Assembly: GCA_031459625.1 (NCBI GenBank)
Contig: JAVKIH010000001.1
Span: forward strand, 242,173-278,500
DNA from: Candidatus Geohabitans tengchongensis
GTDB lineage: Bacteria; Sysuimicrobiota; Sysuimicrobiia; Sysuimicrobiales; Humicultoraceae
DNA length: 36,328 bases
Reading direction: 5' to 3'
Shown: positions 9,066 to 17,785 of the stretch, piece by piece
Layout: each line of letters starts with the position of its first letter
Position numbering within the stretch: the first letter of the stretch is position 1
Translations under genes and position numbers: made by a program
Notes under the pieces: model-generated
Told to the model about the DNA's origin: nothing
Databases searched by the model: none
The model's input: the letters and a program-made list of their open reading frames with translations, nothing else

Positions 9066-9714
9066 CCCGCCGGCGCAGCGCCGTAGGGGCGAGGAGGGGT
9101 TCACGCTCCTCGAGGTGATCTCCGCCATGGCCATCATGGCGCTGGCGCTCACCTCCATCCATCTGACGATCGGCTCGGCGGTGCGCTCGAAGCTCTTCAC
9201 CTCGAGCTGGATCCGCAACCAGGCGCAGGGGCGGCTCATCGTGGCCTGGGTGGCCGACCGGGTGCGCCAGGCCGGCTTCCGCGTCGACGGCAGCAGCCCG
9301 GTGGCGCGCTGCCGCGACCCCATCGCCGCGCAGGACCCGGCCTACCGCCCCACCGACACCCAGCTCTACGTGAACGCGGACGTGGACAACGACGGGGCCC
9401 CCGAGACGCGCGGCTTCACCCTGGCGACGGTGGGCGGGCGCACCGTGTTGCAGGAGACCATCATCCCCTGCGCGGTGGGGGCGTCACCGGTGGTGGCCCC
9501 GCTCACCGACGTCCGGCACCTGCACGTGCAGTCGTTGGACTTCGACTACTACGACGCCGCCGGCACCCCCCTCGGGGCCGCCGCCCTGACCACGGTGGCG
9601 GGCATCCGCGCCATCCGGACGGTGCGCGTCCAGGTGCGCCTGGAGGCGGACACCGGCGCCCAGGGGCCGACGACCCAGACATGGAGCACGCACGTCTGGC
9701 TGCGCAATCGATGA
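9046..9714 (+). CDS. Minor type IV pilin, PilW/GspJ-like
   Basis: Canonical EEG|FTLLE N-methylation site; D.VRQAG, L.F.YYD..G, IR.VRV.V and terminal V.LRN motifs. Confidence 0.85.
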   Translation: MWQTWSDPPAQRRRGEEGFTLLEVISAMAIMALALTSIHLTIGSAVRSKLFTSSWIRNQAQGRLIVAWVADRVRQAGFRVDGSSPVARCRDPIAAQDPAYRPTDTQLYVNADVDNDGAPETRGFTLATVGGRTVLQETIIPCAVGASPVVAPLTDVRHLHVQSLDFDYYDAAGTPLGAAALTTVAGIRAIRTVRVQVRLEADTGAQGPTTQTWSTHVWLRNR

Positions 9715-11120
9715 AGCCGCCTGCTGGCCCGGCCGGCCGCTCCCGCACGCGCCTCCGGCGGGAGCCGCGGCGGGGCGCCGGGCCCCGGTCCGGCGGCGTG
9801 GCCTGTGACGAGCGGGGCGCGCTGACGCTGGTGGCGCTGCTCATCATCCTCGTCGTCCTGGTGATCGGGGCGGGGGTGCTGAACAGCCTCCTGGGGGAGG
9901 CGGCGGGCAGCATCAGCTACCGCTACGGCGCCAACGCCTTCCTCGTCGCGGAGGGCGGGCTCAACTGGGCCGCCGCCCGCCTGCGCCAGGTGGACGCCGC
10001 CACCTTTGCGGGCCCCGTGACCCAGTCGCTCCTGGCCGCGGGGGGTCAGCCGGTCGGGGAGTTCACCGTGCAGGTGCGCTGCGTGGATGGCAGGCCGGTG
10101 GGGCCTGATGCGTGCGCCACCGCGCCCCCGTCCCACCGGCGGCTGGTGCGGGCGGAAGGCTTTGTCCCCACCCGGGCGGGGGCGCTCGGCCAGCGCGTCC
10201 TGGAGGCGGTGCTGGAGCAGGACACCTTCTTCCGGCACGCGGTGTGCGGGTACGAGGGCGTGACGCTCGACCAGGGCGTGACCGTCCAGGGGAATGTGGG
10301 CAGCGAGGCCGACCTCATGGTCGGAGGCCCGCGGACCAACCCGGCGCGGATCCGACGGGCCCCGGACGGCAGCCAGCCGGGCAACGCCTACGCCGTCGGG
10401 ACGATCACCTGCAGCGCGGCGGCAGACTGCAAGACGCCCGTGGAGCAGGTGGAGGGGACAGTCAACCCTGGCCAGGCCCCCGGGTCGGTCTGCCCCAACC
10501 GCACCGAGGTGCGGCAGACCTTTGTCTGCACTCCGGGCACCACCGACGTCACCGTCGGTCCCCCGGGCGCCACCTTCACCTTTACCGCCGCCAACGCCCG
10601 CAGCCTGCGGAACCTGGCGACCGAGCGCGACACGACGATCGTCTTCCAGACCACCGCCCCAGGCGAGGTCCTGGAGGTACACCTGGAGACGCTCACGGCC
10701 GGGCAGCGCACGCGCTTCATCGTGCAGGGCCCCGGCCGGGTGCGCCTCTCCGTGAACAGCCAGATGGTCCTGAACCAGCAGGCCCGCTTCGGCCTGGTGG
10801 ACGCCGACCAGAACGGCAGCCCGGACGACGCCAACGGCGACGGGGTCCTGGACCTGGTCCAGGCGGAGCGCCTGGTCGTCCTCAGCTGCAATAATGGGAA
10901 CCCCACCCCCGCGCTGGCCTTCAACCAGACCGGGCAGCTCAGCGGGCTGTTCATCGTCCCCAACGGCACGGTGCAGATGGACCAGGCCCAGCTCAGCAAC
11001 GGGGCCATCCTGGCCGGCCGGGTGCAGTTCGACCGCAGCACGGCCTTCACCTTCGACGCCACCGCCCTCAATGTCGGATTCGGGTTCACCCGGCTGATCG
11101 CCTGGCAGGACCTGCCCTGA
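9711..11120 (+). CDS. PilX/GspK-like tip pilin with large beta-rich C-terminal domain
   Basis: ATGA overlap with the upstream gene; ERG|ALTLVALLII (no E5), A...AEGGLNWA, C-terminal G...VPNG.V, GAI.A..V and terminal W.D. Confidence 0.75.
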   Translation: MKPPAGPAGRSRTRLRREPRRGAGPRSGGVACDERGALTLVALLIILVVLVIGAGVLNSLLGEAAGSISYRYGANAFLVAEGGLNWAAARLRQVDAATFAGPVTQSLLAAGGQPVGEFTVQVRCVDGRPVGPDACATAPPSHRRLVRAEGFVPTRAGALGQRVLEAVLEQDTFFRHAVCGYEGVTLDQGVTVQGNVGSEADLMVGGPRTNPARIRRAPDGSQPGNAYAVGTITCSAAADCKTPVEQVEGTVNPGQAPGSVCPNRTEVRQTFVCTPGTTDVTVGPPGATFTFTAANARSLRNLATERDTTIVFQTTAPGEVLEVHLETLTAGQRTRFIVQGPGRVRLSVNSQMVLNQQARFGLVDADQNGSPDDANGDGVLDLVQAERLVVLSCNNGNPTPALAFNQTGQLSGLFIVPNGTVQMDQAQLSNGAILAGRVQFDRSTAFTFDATALNVGFGFTRLIAWQDLP

Positions 11121-11156
11121 GCGCCCTGCTCACGGCACTCCCCCCGCCAGCGGGTC

Positions 11157-11966
11157 TCACCCGCGCAACCGGGCGGGGAGGAGGCTCGCGGCGGCGAAGG
11201 TGCCGATGGCCAGCAGCACGATCGTCCCCCCGGCGGCCAGATCGAGGTAGAAGGCGGCGACCATGCCGCCGACGACCGCCAGGAGGGCCACCGCCACGGC
11301 GAGGATCAGCGTGCGCCGGAAGCTGCGGGCCAGGCGCAACGCGGTCAGCGCCGGCAGGACGATGAGGGCGCTCGTCAGCAGCACCCCGACGATGCGCATG
11401 GTGACGCCGATGACCAGCGCGACGAGCCCGGTGAAGAGCAGGTTGAGGGCGTCCACGGGGAGACCCTGCACGCGCGCCGCCTCCTCGTCGAAGGTGACCG
11501 TGAACAGCTCCTTGTAGAAGGCCGCCACCGTCCCCAGCACGAGCACGCCGAGCCCGAGGATCACCCACAGGTCCAGCGGCTGGACGGCCGTCAGCGCCCC
11601 GAAGAGGTAGGCGAAGAGGTCGACGGTGAAGCCGTCGGCCAGCCCGAGCAGCACCACCGCCAGCGCGAAGCCGCCCGAGAGGAAGACCGCCAGGGCCGCC
11701 TCGCCAAACAGGCCCCCGCGGCTGCGCAGGCGCTCGATCCCCAGAGCTCCGAGGACCGCGGCCCCCAGCGCTCCCGCCACCGGGTAGATGCCGGCGAGCA
11801 GGGCGGCGGCGATCCCGGCGAGCGCCACGTGGGAGAGGGTGTCGGCGATCAGGCTGAGGCGGCGCAGGACGAGGAAGACCCCCACCACGGCGGCCACCGT
11901 CCCCACCATGGCGCCGGCCAGCAGCGCCCGCTGCATGAAGCCGTACTGCAGGACCTCGGGGAGCAC
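11157..11966 (-). CDS. znuB: Zn/Mn ABC transporter permease
   Basis: FMQRALLAG, LRRLSLIADTLSHVALAG, YLFG, VGVLL..AL...PA (ABC-3 family). Confidence 0.9.
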   Translation of the reverse strand: MLPEVLQYGFMQRALLAGAMVGTVAAVVGVFLVLRRLSLIADTLSHVALAGIAAALLAGIYPVAGALGAAVLGALGIERLRSRGGLFGEAALAVFLSGGFALAVVLLGLADGFTVDLFAYLFGALTAVQPLDLWVILGLGVLVLGTVAAFYKELFTVTFDEEAARVQGLPVDALNLLFTGLVALVIGVTMRIVGVLLTSALIVLPALTALRLARSFRRTLILAVAVALLAVVGGMVAAFYLDLAAGGTIVLLAIGTFAAASLLPARLRG

Positions 11967-11968
11967 GG

Positions 11969-12742
11969 CTAGTGGGTGTGCGCCACCACCCAGCTCTCCG
12001 GGCGGTAGAGCTGGGCCAGGGCCCCGGAGCGCAGCGCCTCCTCGGGGGGGCCGTGAAAGACCAGGGTGCGGTTCAGACAGGCGAGCTGGGTGACCTCGCG
12101 CGCCACCACCCCGATGTCGTGCGAGACCAGGAGGATGGTGGTGCCGCGCTCCTCGTTGAGCCGGCGCAGCAGGCCGTAGAACTGCTCCTGCGCCTCCACG
12201 TCCACGCCCACCGTCGGCTCGTCCAGCACCAGCAGGTCGGGCTCGCCCGCCAGCGCCCGGGCGATGAAGACCCGCTGCTGTTGCCCGGCGCTGAGGCGGC
12301 CCACCGGCTGCGCCTCATGCGCCTGCATGCCCACGGTGGCCAGGGCGCGGCGCGCGGCGGCCACATCCTCCGGGCGGAAGCGCCGCCCGAGCCCCCGCCG
12401 CCCGCAGCGCCCGCTCAGCACCACCTCCAGGGCCGTGGCGGGGAAGCGGGCCTCGAAGGCCACAGCCTTCTGCGGGACGTAGCCCACGCGGTGCCAGCCG
12501 GTGAAGGCGGGCAGCTCCTGCCCGAAGAGGCGCACGTGCCCGCACTGGGGCCGCACCAGCCCCAGCAGGACGCGCAGCAGCGTCGTCTTCCCGGAGCCGT
12601 TCGGGCCGATCAGCCCCAGCACGTCTCCGGCCCGTACGGTGAGCGAGACCCGGTCGAGCACCCGCTCGCGGCCGAAGTCGACGCAGACGTGCTCGACCTC
12701 GGCGACGGGCGGGCGGTCGGCGTGGCGCCAGGGCGCGCTCAT
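11969..12742 (-). CDS. znuC: Zn/Mn ABC transporter ATP-binding protein
   Basis: GPNGSGKTT, GYVPQ, LSAGQQQRV, LDEPT, VSHD, C-terminal HTH (His-Thr-His); ATGA overlap with znuA. Confidence 0.9.
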   Translation of the reverse strand: MSAPWRHADRPPVAEVEHVCVDFGRERVLDRVSLTVRAGDVLGLIGPNGSGKTTLLRVLLGLVRPQCGHVRLFGQELPAFTGWHRVGYVPQKAVAFEARFPATALEVVLSGRCGRRGLGRRFRPEDVAAARRALATVGMQAHEAQPVGRLSAGQQQRVFIARALAGEPDLLVLDEPTVGVDVEAQEQFYGLLRRLNEERGTTILLVSHDIGVVAREVTQLACLNRTLVFHGPPEEALRSGALAQLYRPESWVVAHTH

Positions 12743-13719
12743 CGACACGCCAGCCCCTCGGCCAGGTGCTGGAGGTTCTCCGCCATGACGGTGAGGTAGG
12801 TGCGCCCGGCCCGGCGCTCCTCGGGGGTCAGCCCCTCCAGCGGGTTGAGGACGCGCGTGCGGGCCCCTACCTCGCGGGCCAGCGTCTCGGCCAGGCGCGG
12901 GCTCAGCAGGGTCTCGGTGTAGACGACCCGGACGCCGTGGCGCCGCGCCTCGCGCACCAACTCGCGCAGCCGGGCAGGGGAGGGTTCTGCCTCGGGGCTG
13001 AGGCCGGTGATGGCGATCATGCGCAGCCCGTAGCGGCGGGCCAGGTAGGCGAAGGCGCCGTGGGTGGTGATGAAGGTGCGGCGCCGGCAGTCGCGCAGCG
13101 TGGCGGCGTACCGGCGGTGCAGCGCCTCGAGCTCGGCCTGGAAGCGGGTGGCGTTCCGTGCGTACAGGTCCGCGCCGGCCGGGTCGACCGCCTGCAGCCC
13201 GCGCAGGATCGCCGCCACCTGCCGCTGCGCCAGCACCGGGTCGAGCCAGACGTGCGGGTCGACGGCCTGGGCCGGCCCGCGCTCGCCGGCCGCTCCGCGC
13301 CCGCCGGCCGGCGCACCCGCGTGCGGGTCCTCATGGGGCGTTGCACGGAGGAGGGGCAGGCCGGCGGTCGTCTCCACCACGACCGCATCGTCCGGGAGGT
13401 CGCGCCGCAGCCGGTCCACCCAGGGTTCGAAGCCGGCCCCATTGTAGATGAGGAGGCGGGTGCGGCTCACCCGGGCCAGCTGCTGGGGTGAGGGCTCGTA
13501 GTCGTGCGGCTCGGCGCCGGGCGGGACCAGTGTGGTGACGTCGATCCGGTTGCCGCCCACGCGCCTGGCGAACTCCGCCAGGGTGTCGAAGGAGGCAGTC
13601 ACCGGGACGCCTCCGCCGCGTGGGGCGGGCCGGGCGCACGCGGCCAGCGCCAGGAGCAACACCAGGCCCAGCGCGGGCCGTGACCATCCGACGGTCCGGC
13701 TGGACGCGCGCTCGCTCAT
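12739..13719 (-). CDS. znuA: Zn ABC transporter substrate-binding lipoprotein (ZnuA/AdcA)
   Basis: Lipobox LAAC, EPHDYEP, DPHVWLDP, H.AF.YLA, E.EPSP, LNPLEG. Confidence 0.9.
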   Translation of the reverse strand: MSERASSRTVGWSRPALGLVLLLALAACARPAPRGGGVPVTASFDTLAEFARRVGGNRIDVTTLVPPGAEPHDYEPSPQQLARVSRTRLLIYNGAGFEPWVDRLRRDLPDDAVVVETTAGLPLLRATPHEDPHAGAPAGGRGAAGERGPAQAVDPHVWLDPVLAQRQVAAILRGLQAVDPAGADLYARNATRFQAELEALHRRYAATLRDCRRRTFITTHGAFAYLARRYGLRMIAITGLSPEAEPSPARLRELVREARRHGVRVVYTETLLSPRLAETLAREVGARTRVLNPLEGLTPEERRAGRTYLTVMAENLQHLAEGLACR

Positions 13720-14210
13720 GCTCCGGCCTCAGGGCGTCGCCCCCGGCAGGGACGGCAGTACCCGAACAGCTCCAGCGCGTGCTCCGTCACCTGGAACCCG
13801 CGGACCCGCCGGCCGTCGATGGGCGGCAGGGGGCAGGCGCGGAGCGGGCGGATCGTCCCGCAGGCGAGGCAGACCAGGTGGTGGTGGTGCCGGCCGCGCC
13901 CCGCCGGCTCGTACCGTGCCGGGCCGTCGCCCAACCACACCTGCCGCACCAGGCGCCCCCGCACCAGCGTGTCGAGCGTGCGGTAGACGGTGACGAGTCC
14001 GACCCGCGGGTGGAGCCGGCGGGCGCGGCGGTGGATCTCCTCGGCGGTTTGCGCACAGGTGAGGGCCTGGAGGGTGCGCAGCACGGCGCGGCGCTGCACC
14101 GTGAGCCGCCGACCCTGACGCCGGAACGGCCGGGTGAGGTCGTCGGACGCCGCCGGGGGGGAGGGGGATCCGCGGGGGGCCGTGTTAATTGAAATGGAAT
14201 TTCGTTTCAT
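13716..14210 (-). CDS. zur: Fur-family regulator, probably Zur
   Basis: LT.QR..VL, TVYRTL, HHHHLVC..CG, ELFGYC..C; first gene of the znu operon. Confidence 0.8.
   Translation of the reverse strand: MKRNSISINTAPRGSPSPPAASDDLTRPFRRQGRRLTVQRRAVLRTLQALTCAQTAEEIHRRARRLHPRVGLVTVYRTLDTLVRGRLVRQVWLGDGPARYEPAGRGRHHHHLVCLACGTIRPLRACPLPPIDGRRVRGFQVTEHALELFGYCRPCRGRRPEAGA
14190..14209. promoter_or_regulatory. Putative Zur/Fur operator
   Basis: AT-rich imperfect palindrome TGAAATGGAA|TTTCGTTTCA (8/10 symmetric) between the divergent zur-znu and YibE/F genes. Confidence 0.65.
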
Positions 14211-14216
14211 ATCTTC

Positions 14217-14245
14217 ATGCTGGAGGAGGGGTTCTGGGATGTCAA
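14217..14245 (-). promoter_or_regulatory. sigma70 promoter giving a leaderless zur-znuACB transcript
   Basis: TTGACA (14245-14240)-17 bp-CAGCAT (14222-14217); predicted +1 falls on the zur ATG at 14210. Confidence 0.55.
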
Positions 14246-15393
14246 GGGCTGTGGCCGCTGCCCTCGTCGTGCTGTGGCTCGCTCTCCTCGCCCCGGCCGG
14301 GCCCGTCGCGGCCTCCCGGGGCGGCGCCGGACTGGCCGCCCCGTCCGGGAGGGCCTCACCGGCGGTCGTGCCGGACCACTACGCCTGGGGGCGGATCCTG
14401 GCCGTCCTGGCCGACGAGGAGCGAGAGCTGGCCGGGATGCGGCAGGTGGTCCAGCTGCTGCGCGTGCGCGTCCACAGCGGCCCGGAGCGCGGGCGCGTGG
14501 TCGAGGCCTCCCATGCCGCGCCGGCCGGGGTAGGGGTGCCACGCCTGCAGGCGGGCGAGGCGGTCGTGGTGGTCCGCACGCAGGACGCCACGGGCCTGGC
14601 GTACTTCGTCGTCGACCGCTTCCGCCTGCCGCCGCTCCTGGCGGTCTTCGGCCTCTTCCTGGCGCTGGCCGCGCTCTTCGCGCGTACCCGCGGGGTGACG
14701 GCGGTCGTGGGGCTCGGCGTCACCCTGCTCGTCCTGGCCGGGTTCATCGTCCCGCAGATCCTGGCCGGCCGCCCGCCCCTCCTGGTGAGCCTGGCCGGCG
14801 CCCTGCTCATCGCCTGCACCTCGATCTACCTGGCCCACGGTGTGAGCCGGCGCACCACGGTCGCGCTGGCCGGGACCCTCGCCACGCTGGCGCTGGCGGG
14901 CGGCCTGGCGGTGGTGGCGGTCAGCCTCACCCGCCTCTTCGGGCTGGGGTCGGAGGAGGCGCTCTACCTGCAGGCGCCGCTGGAGGGCCTGAACCTGCGC
15001 GGGTTGCTGCTCGGTGGCATCATTCTGGGGGCGCTCGGCGTCCTCGACGACGTCACGACCAGCCAGGCGGCCGCCGTGGCGGAGCTGGCCCGGGCGGCCC
15101 CGCACCTCTCCGGGAGCGAGCTGGTCGCCCGGGGGCTGGCTGTCGGTCGCGAGCACATCACGGCGCTCGTGAACACGCTGGTGCTCGCCTACGCCGGCGC
15201 GTCCTTCCCCCTCTTCCTCCTCTTCTCGGTGAACCGCGAGCAACCGCTGTGGGTCATCCTCAACGGCGAATTCGTGGCCGAGGAAGCGGTGCGAACGCTG
15301 GTGGGGAGCATTGCGCTCGTGGTGGCGGTGCCGATCACCACCGTCCTTGCGGCCCGGTGGTTGCGCGGAGACGACGCCGCCGGCCACCCGTGA
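14239..15393 (+). CDS. YibE/F family multi-pass membrane protein
   Basis: ATG 14239 after GGAGGAGG; GIILGALGVLDDVTTSQ, G..H...LVNTLVLAYAG, E..RTLVGSI.L..AVP.TT motifs. Confidence 0.85.
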   Translation: MSRAVAAALVVLWLALLAPAGPVAASRGGAGLAAPSGRASPAVVPDHYAWGRILAVLADEERELAGMRQVVQLLRVRVHSGPERGRVVEASHAAPAGVGVPRLQAGEAVVVVRTQDATGLAYFVVDRFRLPPLLAVFGLFLALAALFARTRGVTAVVGLGVTLLVLAGFIVPQILAGRPPLLVSLAGALLIACTSIYLAHGVSRRTTVALAGTLATLALAGGLAVVAVSLTRLFGLGSEEALYLQAPLEGLNLRGLLLGGIILGALGVLDDVTTSQAAAVAELARAAPHLSGSELVARGLAVGREHITALVNTLVLAYAGASFPLFLLFSVNREQPLWVILNGEFVAEEAVRTLVGSIALVVAVPITTVLAARWLRGDDAAGHP

Positions 15394-15546
15394 GCCGTCG
15401 GCGCCTCACCACGCCCGCAGGGTCGCCGGGCGGGTGGCAGTGGGTGACCGCGGCATGGACGAGCCCGGAACGCGCGGCCCGGAGCGCCCGCGGGCTGCCG
15501 GCGTTGACGTCAGGGGCCAAGGGTCAGGCCCGTCCTGCCGCCAGGT

Positions 15547-16140
15547 TTACGGTCCGGGACTCTCCGGGTCGGCGCCCGCCAGGACCGCCTCGGCCACGGC
15601 GCGGAGCGGTCGCCGGGAGTTGCGGCTGGCCCGCTGCAGGCGCAGGTAGGCCTCCTCTTCGCTCAGTCCGTAGCGGCGCATGAGGACGCCCTTGGCCCGC
15701 TCCACCACCTTGCGCGTGGCCAGCTGCGCTTCCAGCTCGGCCACCCGTGCCGCCCCGGCCTGCAGGTCGCGGAACCGGGCCAGGGCCAGCTCGATGGCCG
15801 GCACCAGGTCGCTCTCGCGCAGCGGCTTCATCAGGTAGGCCATGGCGCCGCTGCGGCGGGCCCGGTCCACCAGAGCCCGGTCGCCATAGGCGGTCAGCAC
15901 GATCACCGGCACCTGCTCCCGCTGCGCCAGGGCCTCCGCAGCGGCCAGCCCGTCCATCCCCGGCATCTTGATGTCCACGAAGACCAGGTCCGGGCGCAGC
16001 TTGCGCACCAGGTCCACCACGCGCGCCCCGTCCCCCGCCTCACCGACGACGCGGTACCCCTGTTCCTCCAGCATGGTCCGCAGCCCCATGCGGATGACCG
16101 CCTCGTCGTCGGCGATGACGATGCGTAGGGGTGCCGGCAC
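15547..16140 (-). CDS. REC-ANTAR response regulator (PdtaR/EutV-like)
   Basis: IADDE, DIKMPG.DG, LTAY, KP receiver motifs; RK.VERAKG.LM...GLSEEEAY..LQ..S ANTAR domain. Confidence 0.92.
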   Translation of the reverse strand: MPAPLRIVIADDEAVIRMGLRTMLEEQGYRVVGEAGDGARVVDLVRKLRPDLVFVDIKMPGMDGLAAAEALAQREQVPVIVLTAYGDRALVDRARRSGAMAYLMKPLRESDLVPAIELALARFRDLQAGAARVAELEAQLATRKVVERAKGVLMRRYGLSEEEAYLRLQRASRNSRRPLRAVAEAVLAGADPESPGP

Positions 16141-16141
16141 G

Positions 16142-17758
16142 TCAGGTCCCCTCCGGGTGGGGGAAGGAGAGGGTGACGACCGTGCCCTCCCCCGAGGCGA
16201 AGACCACCTCTCCCCCCAGGTCTTCGGTGGCCAGCGCCCGCACGATGCGCAGCCCCAGCGTCTCGCCGTTGCCCTGGGCGGCGGCCAGCCCCACGCCGTC
16301 GTCGCGCACCTCCACGACGCACCGGCCGTCCTGCCGCCCCAGGTGGATGGCGATGCGCCCGCGCCTCCGGCCGGGGAAGGCGTGCTCGAGGGCGTTCTGC
16401 ACCAGTTCGTTCACCGCCAGGGCCACCGAGGTGGCCGGTTGCGAGGGCAGGTAGAGGTCGTCCCCCGTCACCGTCAGCTCCACCTCCAGCGGCGGGCGGG
16501 CCATGTTCTGCGTGACGGTGCGGGCGACCCGCTCGAGCAGCTCGCGCACGTTCACCATGCGGAACCCTTCCACCGAGAGGATCTCGTGGACCGCGGCGAT
16601 GCTCAGGATGCGATTCACCGTCTCGGTGAGGACCTCACGCCCGGAGACCTCGCGCCCCCCGCGCAGCTGCAGCCGCAGGAGCATGGCGATGGTCTGCAGG
16701 TTGTTCTTCACGCGGTGGTGCATCTCCCGCACCACGGCCGAGCGCACCACCAGCGTGCTGTTCTCGATGGCCAGCGCCGTCTGGTGGGCCAGCGTGGAGA
16801 GGCGCTCGACCTCGTCGGGCGACCAGCGATGGGGGCGGGCGCGGGCGGCCAGGAAGACGCCGATGGCCTTCTCCCGCACCACCAGCGGCACCGCCAGCGC
16901 CGCCCGCAGCGCCGCGCCGGGGACGGTGGGAGCCAGGTCGGGGACGGGCACGGCCCGTTCCTCACGGAGCGCCTGCGCCGCCAGGTCGGCGAAGGCGGCC
17001 GCCTCAGGGCCCACGGCGGCCCCGTGCGCGGCGGTGGGCTCGAGGCGCCCCTGCTCGTGGTCGTAGAGGAGGAGCGCGCAGTGGTCGGCGGCCATCAGCC
17101 GCGCCGCCATCTCCACGATCACCCCGACCATCTCCTCGACGTAGAGCGGCGAGGTGAGCGTCTTGCTGGCCTCGGCCAGGGTGGAGAGCTCGTGCAGCCG
17201 CCGGCGCATCGAGTCGTACAGCGCGGCCTTCTCGATGGCGCCCGCGGCCAGGTCGGCGATGGTCTCCAGGAGCTCCAGCTCGTCGGGGCCGTAGGCGTGC
17301 ACGGCGGTGGTCTGGACGTTGAGGGCCCCCAGCACCCGCGCCCCGCTGCGCAGCGGCACCGCCGCCAGCGAGCGAAACGCCGTCTCGCGCGTCTCCGGCA
17401 GGTAGACGAAACGGGGGTCGCTGGCGGCGTCGCTGCTGGCCACCGGGGTCTCGTGGGCGGCCGCCCATCCGGTGAGGCCCTCCCCCCAGCGCAGGCGGGC
17501 CCGGCCCACCGCTTCCGGCGCCAGACCCGTCGTGGCGCGCAGCACCAGGTACTCGCCGTGGGGATCGAGGAGGTAGATGGAGCAGGAATCCATGCCCATG
17601 ACCTCGGCCGTCTTGCGCGTGATGAGGGCCAGCGTCGTGTCCAGGTCGAGGGTGGAGCCGATGGCCCGGCTGATCTCGCGCAGGGCGGCCAGCTCGGCCT
17701 CCTTGCGGGCCAGGCGCTCCTGCAGCGCCGCCGGATCAGGCAGAGCGGAGTCGGTCAT
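16142..17758 (-). CDS. Soluble GAF-GAF-HisKA_2-HATPase sensor kinase (PdtaS/EutW-like)
   Basis: Two GAF-like domains, EMHHRVKNNLQ H-box, NELVQNALEHAF, DDGVG, LGL.IV; no TM segment. Confidence 0.9.
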   Translation of the reverse strand: MTDSALPDPAALQERLARKEAELAALREISRAIGSTLDLDTTLALITRKTAEVMGMDSCSIYLLDPHGEYLVLRATTGLAPEAVGRARLRWGEGLTGWAAAHETPVASSDAASDPRFVYLPETRETAFRSLAAVPLRSGARVLGALNVQTTAVHAYGPDELELLETIADLAAGAIEKAALYDSMRRRLHELSTLAEASKTLTSPLYVEEMVGVIVEMAARLMAADHCALLLYDHEQGRLEPTAAHGAAVGPEAAAFADLAAQALREERAVPVPDLAPTVPGAALRAALAVPLVVREKAIGVFLAARARPHRWSPDEVERLSTLAHQTALAIENSTLVVRSAVVREMHHRVKNNLQTIAMLLRLQLRGGREVSGREVLTETVNRILSIAAVHEILSVEGFRMVNVRELLERVARTVTQNMARPPLEVELTVTGDDLYLPSQPATSVALAVNELVQNALEHAFPGRRRGRIAIHLGRQDGRCVVEVRDDGVGLAAAQGNGETLGLRIVRALATEDLGGEVVFASGEGTVVTLSFPHPEGT

Positions 17759-17785
17759 GGCGGGGTCGTGTCCGCTGCGGGCGGG

